Under the pieces are notes generated by a model that did not search any database, was not told the origin of the DNA, and saw only the letters and a program-made list of their open reading frames with translations. From an uncultured delta proteobacterium (GTDB lineage Bacteria > Desulfobacterota > RBG-13-43-22): a DNA stretch of 64,000 nt. How positions within the stretch are numbered: position 1 is the first letter of the stretch; every line of letters starts with the position of its first letter. Positions 9,574-20,570 of the stretch are shown here, in pieces. The stretch lies in the NCBI GenBank assembly GCA_963743305.1, contig CAVUPH010000034.1, forward strand, positions 1-64,000, read 5' to 3'. Both the position numbers and the translations under genes were made by a program.

Positions 9574-12500
9574 TTACGCCTTCTTCCCGGCCTTGGGGGC
9601 CGGTTGTTTGGCTAACTTGGTTACATTGGCCATGAAAGCCTTGGATTCGGGGATCATGGTATTGGGATCGCCCACCGTCGGGGTCAGCAGGTTGGCGCTG
9701 TCCCCGCCGTTCTTGGGGTGAAGCCAGCCAAAATGGTAGGGGAGCCCGATCTGATGGATGGTCTGTCCCGCCACTTGAAAAGGTTTCAAACGGTTGGTAA
9801 CGATGGCTACGGCCTCCACCTGTCCGCGTTGGGTCGAAACCATCACCCGTTCCCCGTTGTTGATGCTCTTCAGTTTGCCCAGTTCGAGGCTCATCTCCAC
9901 AAACAACTGTGGTTCGGCTTCGATCAGCCAGGGGAGCCAGCGGCTCAACACCCCGGTCTGCCAGTGTTCGGTCACCCGATAGGTACTGCAGACAAAGGGA
10001 TACCTGGGATCACAGGAGGCAAACTTGTCCAGGCCCTCTTTAAAAAGTTTAATCGCCGGGTTGATCATCTGGCCGGACATGGGGTTCTTCTCGATAGGGC
10101 ATTCCAGGGGCTCGTAGTGTTCCGGGAAGGGCCCGTCCTTCAGGCCCGGACCGAAAAGCGCAAGGAGCCCGTCGGGTTTCATGATAAAGGGATAGACACC
10201 CTTATCGCCCATGGGCGGGGCCGGGCCGTCGGGTATATCGCCGACCCACTTCTTTCCTTCGGCATCCCATTTCAGCAAGGCCCGTTTGGGGTTTCGAGGA
10301 TTTCCTTCCAGATCCACCGACGCCCGGTTGTAAATGATCCGGCGGTTGACCGGCCAGGCCCAGGACCACTCGGGGTAAAGGCCCAAGCCGGTGGGGTCGG
10401 TCTTCTTCCTTCGGGCGGCCATGTTCCCGGCCTCGGTGTAGCTGGCGCAGTAAACCCAGTTGCCCGAAGAGGTCCGGCCGTCATCGAGGAGGAAGACAAA
10501 GCTGGGGACCAGGGTCCCTTTCTTGTAGGCCTTCTTGTCCACCGGATGTTCCGGCACGTCTTCCAGGAAATAGCCGTTGATCTCCTTGGCCACTTGGTGG
10601 ATATCAAAGTGGCCGTTGGTTTCATAGTCCCATTTAAGGTTCGCAATAGGATCGGCCAGGGCCCCCTTATCCTTCGCATACAGGGCCCGGACCTTTTTGA
10701 AGAGTTCATACATGATGTCGCCGTCGGGCTTGGCTTCCCCGGGGGGATTGGCCGCCTTGTAACGCCATTGCATCAAACGGCCGCTGTTGCTGATACTGCC
10801 TTCTTTTTCCATGGAGGCGGCGCAGGGCAACTGAAAGACCTCGGTCTTGATCTTTTTGGGATTCATCCCCGGGCCTTTCCAGAATGACCCGGTTTCGCTG
10901 TCAAAGACGTTGACGTTGATCATCCAGTCCAGCTTGGCCATGGCCTGACGTACCTTTCCGGCGTGGGCCCCGGAACAGGCCGGATTCATCCCCCAGGCCA
11001 GGAAACCGGTAAAGGCCCCTTTATACATTTCGTCGAACAGGTTCAACCAGGAAGCGTCCTGGGTAGGTTCCAGCTTGGGCAGCCAGCCGTAACCAAAGTC
11101 GTTCTCTTTGGTGGCTTTGTCCCCATACATGGTCTTTAAGTAACTGGCCACATACTTGGGCCGGTTCTTCCACCAGTTGACGCTCCGGGGGTCTTTGGAG
11201 CTCGGGGTGGTCTTGTTATAGTCGGCCAGCGTGGCCCACTGGGCCCGGGCATTGGGCAGATAGCCGGGCAGGAGATGAAACAAAAGGGCCTGGTCGGTGG
11301 AACCCTGAACATTGGATTCTCCGCGCAGGGCGTTGACCCCGCCGCCGGCGATCCCCATGTTCCCCAGGAGGCCCTGGATCATGCACATGGCCCGGATATT
11401 CTGCACCCCCACGGTATGTTGAGTCCAGCCCATGGCATACAGTTCGGTGCCGGCCTTGTCCGGGGCCCCGGTGGACCCGTAGGCCTGATAGACCTTCAGC
11501 AGATCCTCCTTCGGAGTGCCGGTAATCTCGGACACCTTGTCCAGAGTGTAGCGGTCGTAGTGTTTCTTCAGAAGCTGAAAAACGCAGCGGTCGCCGGCCA
11601 GTGTCGGGTCCTGTTTGGGTATCCCGGCCTCGTCCTTTTCCAGGACCCAGGTAGAGGCGTCATAGGACCGCTTCTGAGGATCATAGCCGGAAAAAAGGCC
11701 GTCATTAAAGTTGTATTTCGGGTTAACCAAAAACCCGGCATTGGTGTAGTTCTTGACATAGAAATCATCGTACAGCTTATTGTCGAGGATGTACTTGATC
11801 ATGCCCCCCAGGAAAGCGATATCCGTCCCGGAACGAAGGCGGACGAAGATATCCGCTTTGGTGGAGGTACGGGTATAGCGGGGGTCCACATGGATGAAGA
11901 CGGCCCCTTTATCCTGGGCGGCCTGAATCCATTTGAAGGAAACCGGATGATTTTCAGCCACATTGCCGCCCATGTTCAGGATGACGTCGGCATTGCGAAA
12001 ATCAATGTAATGGTTGGTCATGGCGCCGCGTCCGAACGACTCTCCCAGAGCCGCTACCGTAGCGCTGTGTCAGATACGGGCCTGGTGCTCGATATAGACC
12101 AGCCCCAGTGCCCGGAGCATCTTGGCATACAGCCAACATTCCTCATTGTCCATGGCCGCGCTGCCCACCGAGGCGATGCCGTTGGTCCGGTTGACCACCT
12201 GGCCGGCGGCGTTCTTCTCCACAAAGCTGGCGTCGCGGCTTTTTTTGATATTGGCCGCCATCTTGTCCAGGGCCCATTCCCAGGAGACTTCCTTCCATTT
12301 GTCGGCGTAAGGGGCGCGGTAGCGGACCTTCTTGAGACGATTTTCATTGACCGCGATCTGGTAGGAGGAAGCCCCCTTGGCGCAAAGGGCGCCTTCGCTA
12401 ATGGGGTGCTCGGGATCCCCTTCCAGGTTGATGATCTTGCCCTGGCTGTCGGTATGCACGATCATCCCGCAGCCGACCGAACAGTAGCAGCAAACGGTGG

Positions 12501-12639
12501 TGGTCTCCTTGGCCCCTTTGAGTCTGAATTCCTGGGCATAGGTTTCGATGGGTGACAAGTCAAAACCCAATTGGGTCAGGACCAGTCCGGCAGCGCCGGC
12601 ACCACTAATCTTAATAAAATCCCTTCGGGTTACGCCCAT
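9574..12639 (-). CDS. fdhA: Formate dehydrogenase alpha subunit (Mo/W-bisPGD), selenoprotein, Tat-exported
   Basis: TRRDFIK Tat motif and CCYCSVGC. ORFs 12070-12639 and 9574-12021 are one frame separated by TGA at 12070-12072, reading EHQARI-U-HSATVAALGESFGRGAMTNH. Confidence 0.96.
12037..12072 (-). promoter_or_regulatory. Sec UGA codon plus bacterial SECIS hairpin
   Basis: On the minus strand CGGCTCT-GGG-AGAGTCG forms a stem-loop starting ~16 nt after the TGA. Confidence 0.8.
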
Positions 12640-12997
12640 AATATTTACTCACCTTCCTTTCTTGATTACTGGTTGGATTTTGGGTTGATCGGTAACTGAA
12701 ATGAACAAAGAAAAGCGGCCCAAACGTCAGGACTTGTTTCACCTCCTATCGTTCAGTCTTTTGATTTAAACAGAGAATTATGATTTGATTTTACAAAGAT
12801 GATATCGATGATATAGCGGAATAAAAAGGCATTTGCAATAGAAAATTATCATGAAAGTTTAACAAGTTATGTCTTTTATGACATATAAGGGGAGAACCCC
12901 TGGAACAGGATTCAGGTCGAGCGGCCTGGACCGGTCAGGAAATTTCTTCCGCCTCGATCCCTCGGGAAAGAAGGCCCTTATTTATTTGGCGCTATCG

Positions 12998-13642
12998 CTA
13001 ATCACCCTTCAAACGCCCGGTGAGGGTGACGATTCGCTGGAGAGCTGAAAGATGAACGCCCAAGGCCAACAACAGGAGGACTCCTAAAATGAATCCCTGC
13101 TGCTCCAGCCAGGTCCGCTGGGGCCAGACCAGAGGCAACAGGTCGTTGGCTATCGAGCCGACTCCCAGGGTAAGCAGTCGTTCAGCCCGGCCGAAGAGGC
13201 CTACGGAGGTCGACACCCCCAGTCCTTCTCCCCGGGCCCGAGCATAGCTGACCATGAACGATCCCTGGATGCAGAAAAAAATTAATAGGGTAACCCCTAA
13301 AAAAAGGCGGGGCATCCGGATGACCACAGCCGCCCAGAGACCCAGGTAAATAAAAAAATCGCCGTAGCGATCCAAAACGGAATCCAGGAAGGCCCCGGAA
13401 AGGGAGGTTCGGCCCGTTTTTCGGGCCAGCGCCCCGTCCAATGTATCCAGGACCCCGGCGACTAGTATGGTCAGACCTCCCAGCCAGAAGGAATGGATGA
13501 AGGCCGGAATAACCAGAATACTGAAAAAGAGGGCTGAATAAGTCAGGTGGTTGGGTTGGAAAAAGGAACGGTGGAGTAGGGCGGTCGGGCAGGCTTCCAC
13601 CCAGTGCAAATAGAGTCGACCCAGTTTACTTTCTCGGAGCAA
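12998..13642 (-). CDS. CDP-alcohol phosphatidyltransferase, PIP-synthase-like
   Basis: DTLDGALAR...GAFLDSVLDR signature plus VSYARARGEGLG..GLFGRAER; overlaps the end of ino1. Confidence 0.88.
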   Translation of the reverse strand: MLRESKLGRLYLHWVEACPTALLHRSFFQPNHLTYSALFFSILVIPAFIHSFWLGGLTILVAGVLDTLDGALARKTGRTSLSGAFLDSVLDRYGDFFIYLGLWAAVVIRMPRLFLGVTLLIFFCIQGSFMVSYARARGEGLGVSTSVGLFGRAERLLTLGVGSIANDLLPLVWPQRTWLEQQGFILGVLLLLALGVHLSALQRIVTLTGRLKGD

Positions 13643-14735
13643 TCGTGAAGTCCCCGGCCAAGTAGTCTTCCAGTTGCCGTCGCGCCTCCGCTTCCTCCAA
13701 CTGGAGTGGTGGATGCTTCATAAAATAGGCAGCGGCCGGCAGCAAAACACCGGCCTCTCCCCGGTCCCTGGCCAGCCGGCAGTAGCGGACGGCATCGATG
13801 ACTACTCCGGCGCTGTTGGGAGAATCCTGCACCGACAAGCGGGCCTCCAATTCAAAGGGTACCCCGCAAAAATTGGCGGCCTCCAGGCGGAGGAAACAAA
13901 CCTTATTATCCCCCTGCCAGGGGACGTAATCGGAAGGGCCGATGTGGATATCTTCTTCGGCCAGCGGAGTGCTCAGTTGGGATTGCACCGCTTCGGTTTT
14001 GGATATCTTTTTGTTTTTTAAACGGGATCGTTCCAGCATATTCAGGAAATCCGTATTCCCACCGGTATTCAGTTGGTAGGTCCGCAGAATCCGGGCGCCT
14101 CTCTCTTCAAAAAGATGGGCCAGAATCCGGTGAATAATGGTCGCTCCCACCTGCGATTTAATATCGTCACCCACCAGCGGGATCCCTTTTTGCTCAAACA
14201 TTTGGGCCCATTCCGGACTAGAGGCAATAAATTCAGGAATGCAGTTGACTAAACTGACCCCGGCCGCCAAACAGCAACGGGCATAATAACGGGTGGCCTC
14301 ACGGGAACCGACCGGCAGATAATTGATTAAAATATCGGTCCGGGTTTCCTTCAGGACCCTTTCGACCTCCACCGGTTGTTCTTCAGCCGGCAGAAAGGTC
14401 CGCTCCGGCGGATATTCCAGCATATGCGGGGCCACTCCATCCAAAAGAGGTCCCATTTGAACCGTAATGCCGTAATCGGGAAGGTCTTTCCAGATGGGAA
14501 AGACGCAGTTCGGGGGTGCGAAAACGGCTTCCTGGAGCGGGCGACCCACTTTACGGCGATCAATGTCAAAGGCGGCTACGATCTCGATGTCCTCCGGATC
14601 GTAACCTCCCAGGTTTTTATGCATCAACCCCAGATGGACCGTAGGATTATGACGATAGTATTCGATGCCTTGAATCAGAGCGCTGGCACAATTTCCTAAA
14701 CCGCAGATAGCCGTCCTGATCTTGCCCTTGCCCAT
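13626..14735 (-). CDS. ino1: myo-Inositol-1-phosphate synthase
   Basis: GLGNCASALIQG, NYLPVGS, GDDIKSQVGAT, QLNTGGNTDFLNM and DSPNSAG motifs. Confidence 0.96.
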   Translation of the reverse strand: MGKGKIRTAICGLGNCASALIQGIEYYRHNPTVHLGLMHKNLGGYDPEDIEIVAAFDIDRRKVGRPLQEAVFAPPNCVFPIWKDLPDYGITVQMGPLLDGVAPHMLEYPPERTFLPAEEQPVEVERVLKETRTDILINYLPVGSREATRYYARCCLAAGVSLVNCIPEFIASSPEWAQMFEQKGIPLVGDDIKSQVGATIIHRILAHLFEERGARILRTYQLNTGGNTDFLNMLERSRLKNKKISKTEAVQSQLSTPLAEEDIHIGPSDYVPWQGDNKVCFLRLEAANFCGVPFELEARLSVQDSPNSAGVVIDAVRYCRLARDRGEAGVLLPAAAYFMKHPPLQLEEAEARRQLEDYLAGDFTIAPRK

Positions 14736-14915
14736 TCAACATCCTCCAATCCTCTGACCAATAAGGAGTTCCGGTAAGTAAACGGGACCGATTATAATCT
14801 CTTGAAAATAAAAATCAACCAAAAAGGTCGGCTTTTATTCCATTAACTTATTAATAAAAAAGGAAAAAGACCTTTACTCTTTTCCGGCTCGGCAAGTTGT
14901 GATAAATTAGTCCCT

Positions 14916-15563
14916 ATGGAACGCGTCTTCGCCATTGGGGACATCCACGGTTGTCTGGATAAGTTAGTCCCCCTGATGAACATGATAAAAATCAATCCGG
15001 ATCAGGACCTGTTGGTTTTCATCGGAGATTACATCGACCGGGGCGCTCACTCCCGGGAGGTGGTGGATTACCTGGTTGACTTAAAACTTCGACTCCCGGA
15101 ATCGATCTTTTTATTGGGCAACCATGAACAGATGCTTTTGGAATACCTCGACGGACGGAACAGCGATGCTTTTCTCTATAACGGCGGAGAAAAAACGCTG
15201 CGCAGTTATGTGGGATCGCAGTCCGCCGGCCTACCGGGAGCGACTGAACCCTGGATGCCCGCCGCCCACCAGGCCTTTTATCGATCCCTGCGGCCCTATT
15301 TTGAATGGGAGGAATATGTCTTTGTCCATGCCGGGTTGCGTAACGGCATCCCCCTGGAGAACCAGGACCTTTTCGATTTAATTTGGATTCGAGAGGAATT
15401 CTTCTATTCCGATTATGATTTTGGAAAGAAAATTGTATTTGGACATACCCCCTTCCCTCAACCCTTTATCCATAACCAACGAATCGGAATCGATACGGGG
15501 GCGGTCTACGGAAACCGCCTGACCTGTATCGAATTGCCGGCCGTTAAATTTTATGCCGTTTGA
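14916..15563 (+). CDS. Metallophosphoesterase (PPP-type Ser/Thr phosphatase-like)
   Basis: GDIHG, GDYIDRG, GNHE, VHAG, FGHTP and IDTG motifs. Confidence 0.93.
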   Translation: MERVFAIGDIHGCLDKLVPLMNMIKINPDQDLLVFIGDYIDRGAHSREVVDYLVDLKLRLPESIFLLGNHEQMLLEYLDGRNSDAFLYNGGEKTLRSYVGSQSAGLPGATEPWMPAAHQAFYRSLRPYFEWEEYVFVHAGLRNGIPLENQDLFDLIWIREEFFYSDYDFGKKIVFGHTPFPQPFIHNQRIGIDTGAVYGNRLTCIELPAVKFYAV

Positions 15564-15737
15564 TCGGAAATCCACTCCCCTTGGCCGCCCGGGTCTCAGG
15601 GAGAAGGATTCTCAGGCTCCATTTTTGGTTATTTTTATTGACCTCCATCGGGTTTTTTGTTAATAACTAAAAGAAAATTCAAGGAAAGTTGTAATAGTCC
15701 AGCGGATTAAACCGATACGACGCCAAGGAGGGAGCAG

Positions 15738-16373
15738 ATGAAGGTAAAACACTGGATGACCAAAGACCCCATTACGGTTTCCCCGGAGACCTCGGCCGTG
15801 GAAGCTCAGAAAATCATGAAAGAAAACAAAATCCGCCGACTCCCGGTGGTCGACAAAGGCAAATTGGTGGGGATGGTGACCTTTCGCAACCTCATTGAGG
15901 CCGCCCCTTCCTCCGCCAGTTCCTTGAGCATTCATGAATTGAATTACCTGATCATGAAGATCAAGGTCAAAGACTTAATGAAGAAGAAGGTGATCACGGT
16001 CTCCCCGGAAGATACCGTGATTGAAGCCATTGTCCGGGGCGTAGAACAAGGGATCGGGGGCTTCCCGGTTGTGAATGAACAGGGCCAGTTGGTGGGCATT
16101 ATCACCGAGACCCAGATCGCTCGGGCCATGATCCAGCTTTTCGGGACCGAGGCCAGAAAGGAGATCATCTCCCTGGAAAACGTGGACCTGCAACCGGGGA
16201 CCTTTGGAAAAATCGTCACGTTGGTGGAAAAAGTGGGGATCAATATTATTAGCATGTTTTCTTTGCCGCGGAGGACCACGGACCTGTTGCGCGTTTATAT
16301 CCGGATCAAATCCGGACAGCGGGAAGAGGCCATCGCGGAACTAAAAAAGGCGGGTTATGAAATTGCTGATTAG
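15738..16373 (+). CDS. CBS-pair + ACT domain protein (AcuB-like)
   Basis: Two CBS repeats (IRRLPVVDKGKLVG, GFPVVNEQGQLVGIIT) and a C-terminal ACT-like segment; AGGAGGGAG RBS. Confidence 0.9.
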   Translation: MKVKHWMTKDPITVSPETSAVEAQKIMKENKIRRLPVVDKGKLVGMVTFRNLIEAAPSSASSLSIHELNYLIMKIKVKDLMKKKVITVSPEDTVIEAIVRGVEQGIGGFPVVNEQGQLVGIITETQIARAMIQLFGTEARKEIISLENVDLQPGTFGKIVTLVEKVGINIISMFSLPRRTTDLLRVYIRIKSGQREEAIAELKKAGYEIAD

Positions 16374-16401
16374 TTGCCGGTTCAGACAGTCGACCTGGGG
16401 C

Positions 16402-16430
16402 AGGCCCTGGTCGGCAGGGCCTTCTTTTTT
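16402..16430 (+). terminator. Intrinsic terminator after the acuB-like gene
   Basis: AGGCCCTG-GTCGG-CAGGGCCT followed by TCTTTTTT. Confidence 0.75.
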
Positions 16431-17388
16431 GCGATTCCGACGGAAAAGCAATATCCTCGCGGTCTACTCCCTGACCGCGGCTTTCCTGATTTTGTGGGGT
16501 TCACCGGTCGCCGTGCGGGCCGAGGTGGCCGATCGCATAGTGGCGGTGGTCAACAACGAAATTATTACCTGGCTGGAATTGGAAAAAAAGATGGCCGAGG
16601 TCCTTCCCCCCGGAACGCCCAACAACCCGGAGGTCCAAAAACAGGTCCTCTTCCAACTCATCGACGAAAAATTATTGGCCGTCCAGATCCGGAAACTCAA
16701 TCTGCAGGTCAGCAAGGAAGAAATAGACAAGGCCATCGCCCGGATTCGACATGATCAGGGGATGAAAAGCGATCAGGAATTCGACGCCGCTCTGGCTCGG
16801 GAGGGGCTGAAGGAGACGGATCTGCGCGCGCGGCTGAAAGATCAGATATTACGTTTCAAGCTGATCAGTCGCGAGGTCGGCAGTAAACTCATTTTTTCCA
16901 AGGACCAAGTCGACGCCTACTACCAGAAAAATAGATCCAAATTTGAAGGGGGGGAGCGGCTCCATTTGGCCCAGATCACCATCTTAAACGCCGATTATCC
17001 CAGCCCGGAGGCCGCCAAAGCCAGAATCGAGGAAATCGCCGCTCTCCTTCGACAAGGGGAACCTTTCGCCTCCCTGGCCCAGAAATTCTCCCGGGATGCT
17101 TCCGCCCTCCAGGGGGGGGATTTGGGTTTTTTCCCCTTGTCGGAGATCGATTCCTCTTTAGCGCAAGCCCTGGCTTCCCTTAAACCCGGCGAAACCACCC
17201 CGGTGCTGAGCCTCCCCGAAGGCTGGCGGCTGGTTCAATTGGTGAAACGGGAGACCACCCAAGCCCAAGGCCTCGAAGAGGTCCGGGACAAGATTCAGGA
17301 AATGCTTTATCAGGAGGAGGTCGAGGCTCGGGCCGGACAGTGGCTGCTCAAATTGCGGGAACGTACCTCCATCCAGATCCTGCTCTAA
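16429..17388 (+). CDS. surA: SurA-family periplasmic peptidyl-prolyl isomerase
   Basis: DRIVAVVNNEIIT and parvulin motif FASLAQKFSRD..GGDLG; TTG 16429 start inferred from the signal peptide. Confidence 0.88.
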   Translation: MRFRRKSNILAVYSLTAAFLILWGSPVAVRAEVADRIVAVVNNEIITWLELEKKMAEVLPPGTPNNPEVQKQVLFQLIDEKLLAVQIRKLNLQVSKEEIDKAIARIRHDQGMKSDQEFDAALAREGLKETDLRARLKDQILRFKLISREVGSKLIFSKDQVDAYYQKNRSKFEGGERLHLAQITILNADYPSPEAAKARIEEIAALLRQGEPFASLAQKFSRDASALQGGDLGFFPLSEIDSSLAQALASLKPGETTPVLSLPEGWRLVQLVKRETTQAQGLEEVRDKIQEMLYQEEVEARAGQWLLKLRERTSIQILL

Positions 17389-17402
17389 AGAATCTTTCCA
17401 CC

Positions 17403-18695
17403 ATGATCATTTCCATCCGCCAGGGACCGCAATACCTGAATCAAACCGTCACTGTTCAAGGTTGGGTGACCCATAAACGATCCAGCGGCCGAGTCCGTTT
17501 TCTGGTTTTGCGGGACGGCACCGGATTGTTGCAGGGGGTATTGGTGACCGAACAGACGGCGCCCGAAATCATCCAAATTTTTGATCAACTGACCATTGAA
17601 TCCTCCTTGCGGCTCACCGGGATTCTGCGGGCCGACCCGCGGGCACCGGGAGGGGTGGAAATGGAAATCCAGGATCTTACCATTTTTCAACGGGCCCAGG
17701 ATTACCCCATTACCCCCAAGGACCACGGCACGGCCTTCCTAATGGAGCATCGTCATCTTTGGCTGCGCTCTTCCCGGCAGCAGGCCATTCTAAAAATCCG
17801 GCATGAAATTTCTCGATCCATTCGGGATTTCTTGAACGACCGGGGGTTCATTGAACTGGCGGCCCCGATCCTGACCGGAGCGGCCTGCGAAGGCACCAGC
17901 ACTCTTTTTGAAACCCGGTACTTTGATCTGGGCCCGGCCTATTTGTCGCAAAGCGGCCAACTGTATATGGAAGCCGGGGCCATGGCTTTTGGAAAGGTCT
18001 ATTGTTTCGGCCCGGCTTTTCGAGCGGAAAAATCGAAAACCCGCCGCCATCTGACCGAATTCTGGATGGTGGAACCGGAAATGGCTTTTGCCCAGTTGGA
18101 AGAACTGATGGAGCTGGTGGAAGAAATGGTCTGTTTCCTGGTGACCCGATTGCTTTTGACCCGCCGGGAGGAGCTCCAGCAGTTGGAACGCCAACTGGAG
18201 CCCCTGGAAAAGATTTGCCGCCCCTTTCCTCGCCTGACTTATCAGGAGGCGCTGAATACCTTGGGGGATAAAGGAAGAGCCGTGGCCTGGGGAGAGGATC
18301 TGGGCGCGGACGATGAGACGGAACTTTCCCGTTGTTATGAGCAGCCCCTTTTTATTCACCGCTACCCGGCTTCCTGTAAAGCCTTTTATATGAAACGCGA
18401 TCCCCTGGATGATCGGCTGGTTTTAAATATGGATCTCCTGGCCCCGGAAGGATACGGGGAAGTAGTGGGCGGCTCACAGCGGGAGGAAGACGCGGAATGC
18501 TTGTCTCAGCGCCTGGCCGAACACGGCCTTTCGGAATCGGACCTGGGTTGGTATTTGGATCTTCGCCGCTTTGGCTCGGTTCCGCACGGGGGATTCGGGA
18601 TGGGTTTGGAACGAATGGTGGCTTGGCTTTGCGGGTTGAAACATGTCCGGGAGACCATTCCCTTTCCCCGAACCCTGTATCGGATTTACCCCTAG
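17403..18695 (+). CDS. asnS: Asparagine-tRNA ligase
   Basis: RHLWLRS, YLSQSGQLY, FRAEKSKTRRHLTEFWM and GFGMGLER motifs. Confidence 0.96.
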   Translation: MIISIRQGPQYLNQTVTVQGWVTHKRSSGRVRFLVLRDGTGLLQGVLVTEQTAPEIIQIFDQLTIESSLRLTGILRADPRAPGGVEMEIQDLTIFQRAQDYPITPKDHGTAFLMEHRHLWLRSSRQQAILKIRHEISRSIRDFLNDRGFIELAAPILTGAACEGTSTLFETRYFDLGPAYLSQSGQLYMEAGAMAFGKVYCFGPAFRAEKSKTRRHLTEFWMVEPEMAFAQLEELMELVEEMVCFLVTRLLLTRREELQQLERQLEPLEKICRPFPRLTYQEALNTLGDKGRAVAWGEDLGADDETELSRCYEQPLFIHRYPASCKAFYMKRDPLDDRLVLNMDLLAPEGYGEVVGGSQREEDAECLSQRLAEHGLSESDLGWYLDLRRFGSVPHGGFGMGLERMVAWLCGLKHVRETIPFPRTLYRIYP

Positions 18696-18728
18696 CCAAA
18701 AATTTTGGAAATTTTTGGCTGAAAAGGA

Positions 18729-19505
18729 ATGCAGGAATCCATCATGCCCGCCCTGTCCAGCGAGGCCATTGTCCTCCAGCAAAAACCGGCCGGGGAGTCG
18801 GATCTGGTGGTAGACTTTTTCTGTCCCTCGCTGGGGCGGTTAAAAGGAATCGCCAAAGGGGCCAAGAAAAGTAAAAAACGTTTTATCCACTGCCTGGAAC
18901 CGCTCAGCCGGTCCCGATTGGAACTTTTTGAAAAACCCTCCAATGTTTGGATTCGAATCGATTCCGGAGAATTGATCGAACCTTTTAACGGAATCCGCAG
19001 CGATTTCCGAAAATGGGGGTTGGCGGCCTTCGCCTGTGAATTGATCCAGGAACTGGTCCCGGTTAGAGACCCCAACCGGCCGATCTATGCGCTGTTGCGC
19101 GATACCTTGGAAATTCTGGATCGGGAAAAAGGGGATCCGGAAATTGGCCCGCTTTTTCAGTTGAAGCTGCTCCAATTGGCGGGATACGGACTCTCTTTTG
19201 AAGCCTGCCAAGCTTGCGGGAAAAAGGGAGCGGAGATGCAAAAGGCCGTATTTTTGCCGGGCTCGGGAAGGCTGCAGTGCCGGGAATGCACCAACGGACA
19301 GAGCGGAATACCGTTGTCGCCGGGGGCCCTCCAAAGTGTACGACAGGCGAACCGGATGGAACTGCGTCAGGCCCTGCGCCTGAGGTTTACCACCGGAACC
19401 CGGGCGGAGATTGAAACGCTGTTGGAAAAATTTCGTTATCAGGTTCTGGGCCGGGAGCTGGGCTCTGCCCGGGTCCTCCGGCAAATCCAGGAACCCTACC
19501 GCTAG
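18729..19505 (+). CDS. recO: DNA repair protein RecO
   Basis: AIVL..GESDLVV..G..IAKGA; CxxC..CxxC zinc finger; lies upstream of glyQ. Confidence 0.93.
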   Translation: MQESIMPALSSEAIVLQQKPAGESDLVVDFFCPSLGRLKGIAKGAKKSKKRFIHCLEPLSRSRLELFEKPSNVWIRIDSGELIEPFNGIRSDFRKWGLAAFACELIQELVPVRDPNRPIYALLRDTLEILDREKGDPEIGPLFQLKLLQLAGYGLSFEACQACGKKGAEMQKAVFLPGSGRLQCRECTNGQSGIPLSPGALQSVRQANRMELRQALRLRFTTGTRAEIETLLEKFRYQVLGRELGSARVLRQIQEPYR

Positions 19506-19523
19506 ACCGTTTAAGGAGGTGGC

Positions 19524-20393
19524 GTGCTGACCTTTCAGGATCTTATTCAATCGCTAAACCGGTATTGGGCGGACCAGGGTTGTCTGCTCCTGCAACCTTA
19601 TGATGTGGAAGTCGGGGCCGGCACCTTTCACCCGGCCACCTTTCTAAGGTCTCTGGGACCCGAACCCTGGAAGGCGGCCTATGTGCAGCCTTCCCGCCGG
19701 CCGACCGACGGCCGTTACGGGGAAAATCCCAACCGCTTGCAGCACTATTACCAGTATCAGGTGCTCCTCAAACCTTCACCGCTGGAAGCGCAGGACCTTT
19801 ACTTAAAAAGCCTGGAGAGTTTTGGTATCCGGGCCTTGGACCATGACCTGCGTTTTGTGGAGGACGATTGGGAATCGCCCACCCTGGGGGCCTGGGGGTT
19901 GGGTTGGGAGGTCTGGCTGGACGGTATGGAAATCACCCAATTCACCTATTTTCAACAATGCGGGGGGATCGACCTGGCCCCCATTTCAGTGGAATTGACC
20001 TACGGTCTGGAACGGATCGCCATGTATCTCCAGGAAGTGGATAATGTTTACGATTTAAAGTGGAACCGCGAGGTGACTTACCGCGAAGTCCATCACCGAT
20101 CGGAGTTTGAATTTTCCACCTATAATTTTGACCAGGCCGACGTGGAACAACTGCGGGAAAGTTTTCGATCCTACGAACAGGAATGTCACCGTCTGGTGAA
20201 TTTGAAATTGCCCTTGCCGGCCTACGATTTTTGTTTAAAGTGTTCCCATGCCTTTAATATCCTGGAGGCCCGGGGCGCGATCAGCGTTACCGAGAGAACC
20301 AGCTATATCGCCCGGGTTCGGGACATGGCCCGCCTGGTAGCTCAGGCCTATCTGGCGTTGAGAGAAGCCCTGGGATTTCCCCTGCTCGCTTAG
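19524..20393 (+). CDS. glyQ: Glycine-tRNA ligase alpha subunit
   Basis: [26 protein letters not shown] and [10 protein letters not shown] motifs. Confidence 0.98.
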   Translation: MLTFQDLIQSLNRYWADQGCLLLQPYDVEVGAGTFHPATFLRSLGPEPWKAAYVQPSRRPTDGRYGENPNRLQHYYQYQVLLKPSPLEAQDLYLKSLESFGIRALDHDLRFVEDDWESPTLGAWGLGWEVWLDGMEITQFTYFQQCGGIDLAPISVELTYGLERIAMYLQEVDNVYDLKWNREVTYREVHHRSEFEFSTYNFDQADVEQLRESFRSYEQECHRLVNLKLPLPAYDFCLKCSHAFNILEARGAISVTERTSYIARVRDMARLVAQAYLALREALGFPLLA

Positions 20394-20394
20394 T

Positions 20395-20540
20395 ACGAAA
20401 ATAAAGGTTCGGCAATTGTTCCAGCTTTTTCAAATCCCCCTAAATCCCCCTTTGGCAAAGGGGGACTTTGACTCCCCCCTTAGAAAAAGGGGGGTGGGGG
20501 GGATTTTCATGCTTCGCGGGTGCCCCGCGTAGCAGGCGGG
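20395..20540. repeat. C/G-tract REP/MITE-like element, copy 2 (between glyQ and glyS)
   Basis: Near-identical to 5027-5169. Confidence 0.85.
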
Positions 20541-20570
20541 TTTAATAAGGAAACAAAGGAAGAAGAGAAG

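Noticed and set aside
9718-12555. Long antisense ORFs over fdhA, smc, the mla genes and the fusion gene
   Set aside because: Shadow frames typical of GC-rich coding DNA, opposite well-supported genes.
16357-16428. Extended surA N-terminus from ATG 16357 (likewise the longer starts for dsbC, glyS and korA)
   Set aside because: The extensions run through terminators, repeats or upstream genes; downstream starts fit signal peptides or RBS better.
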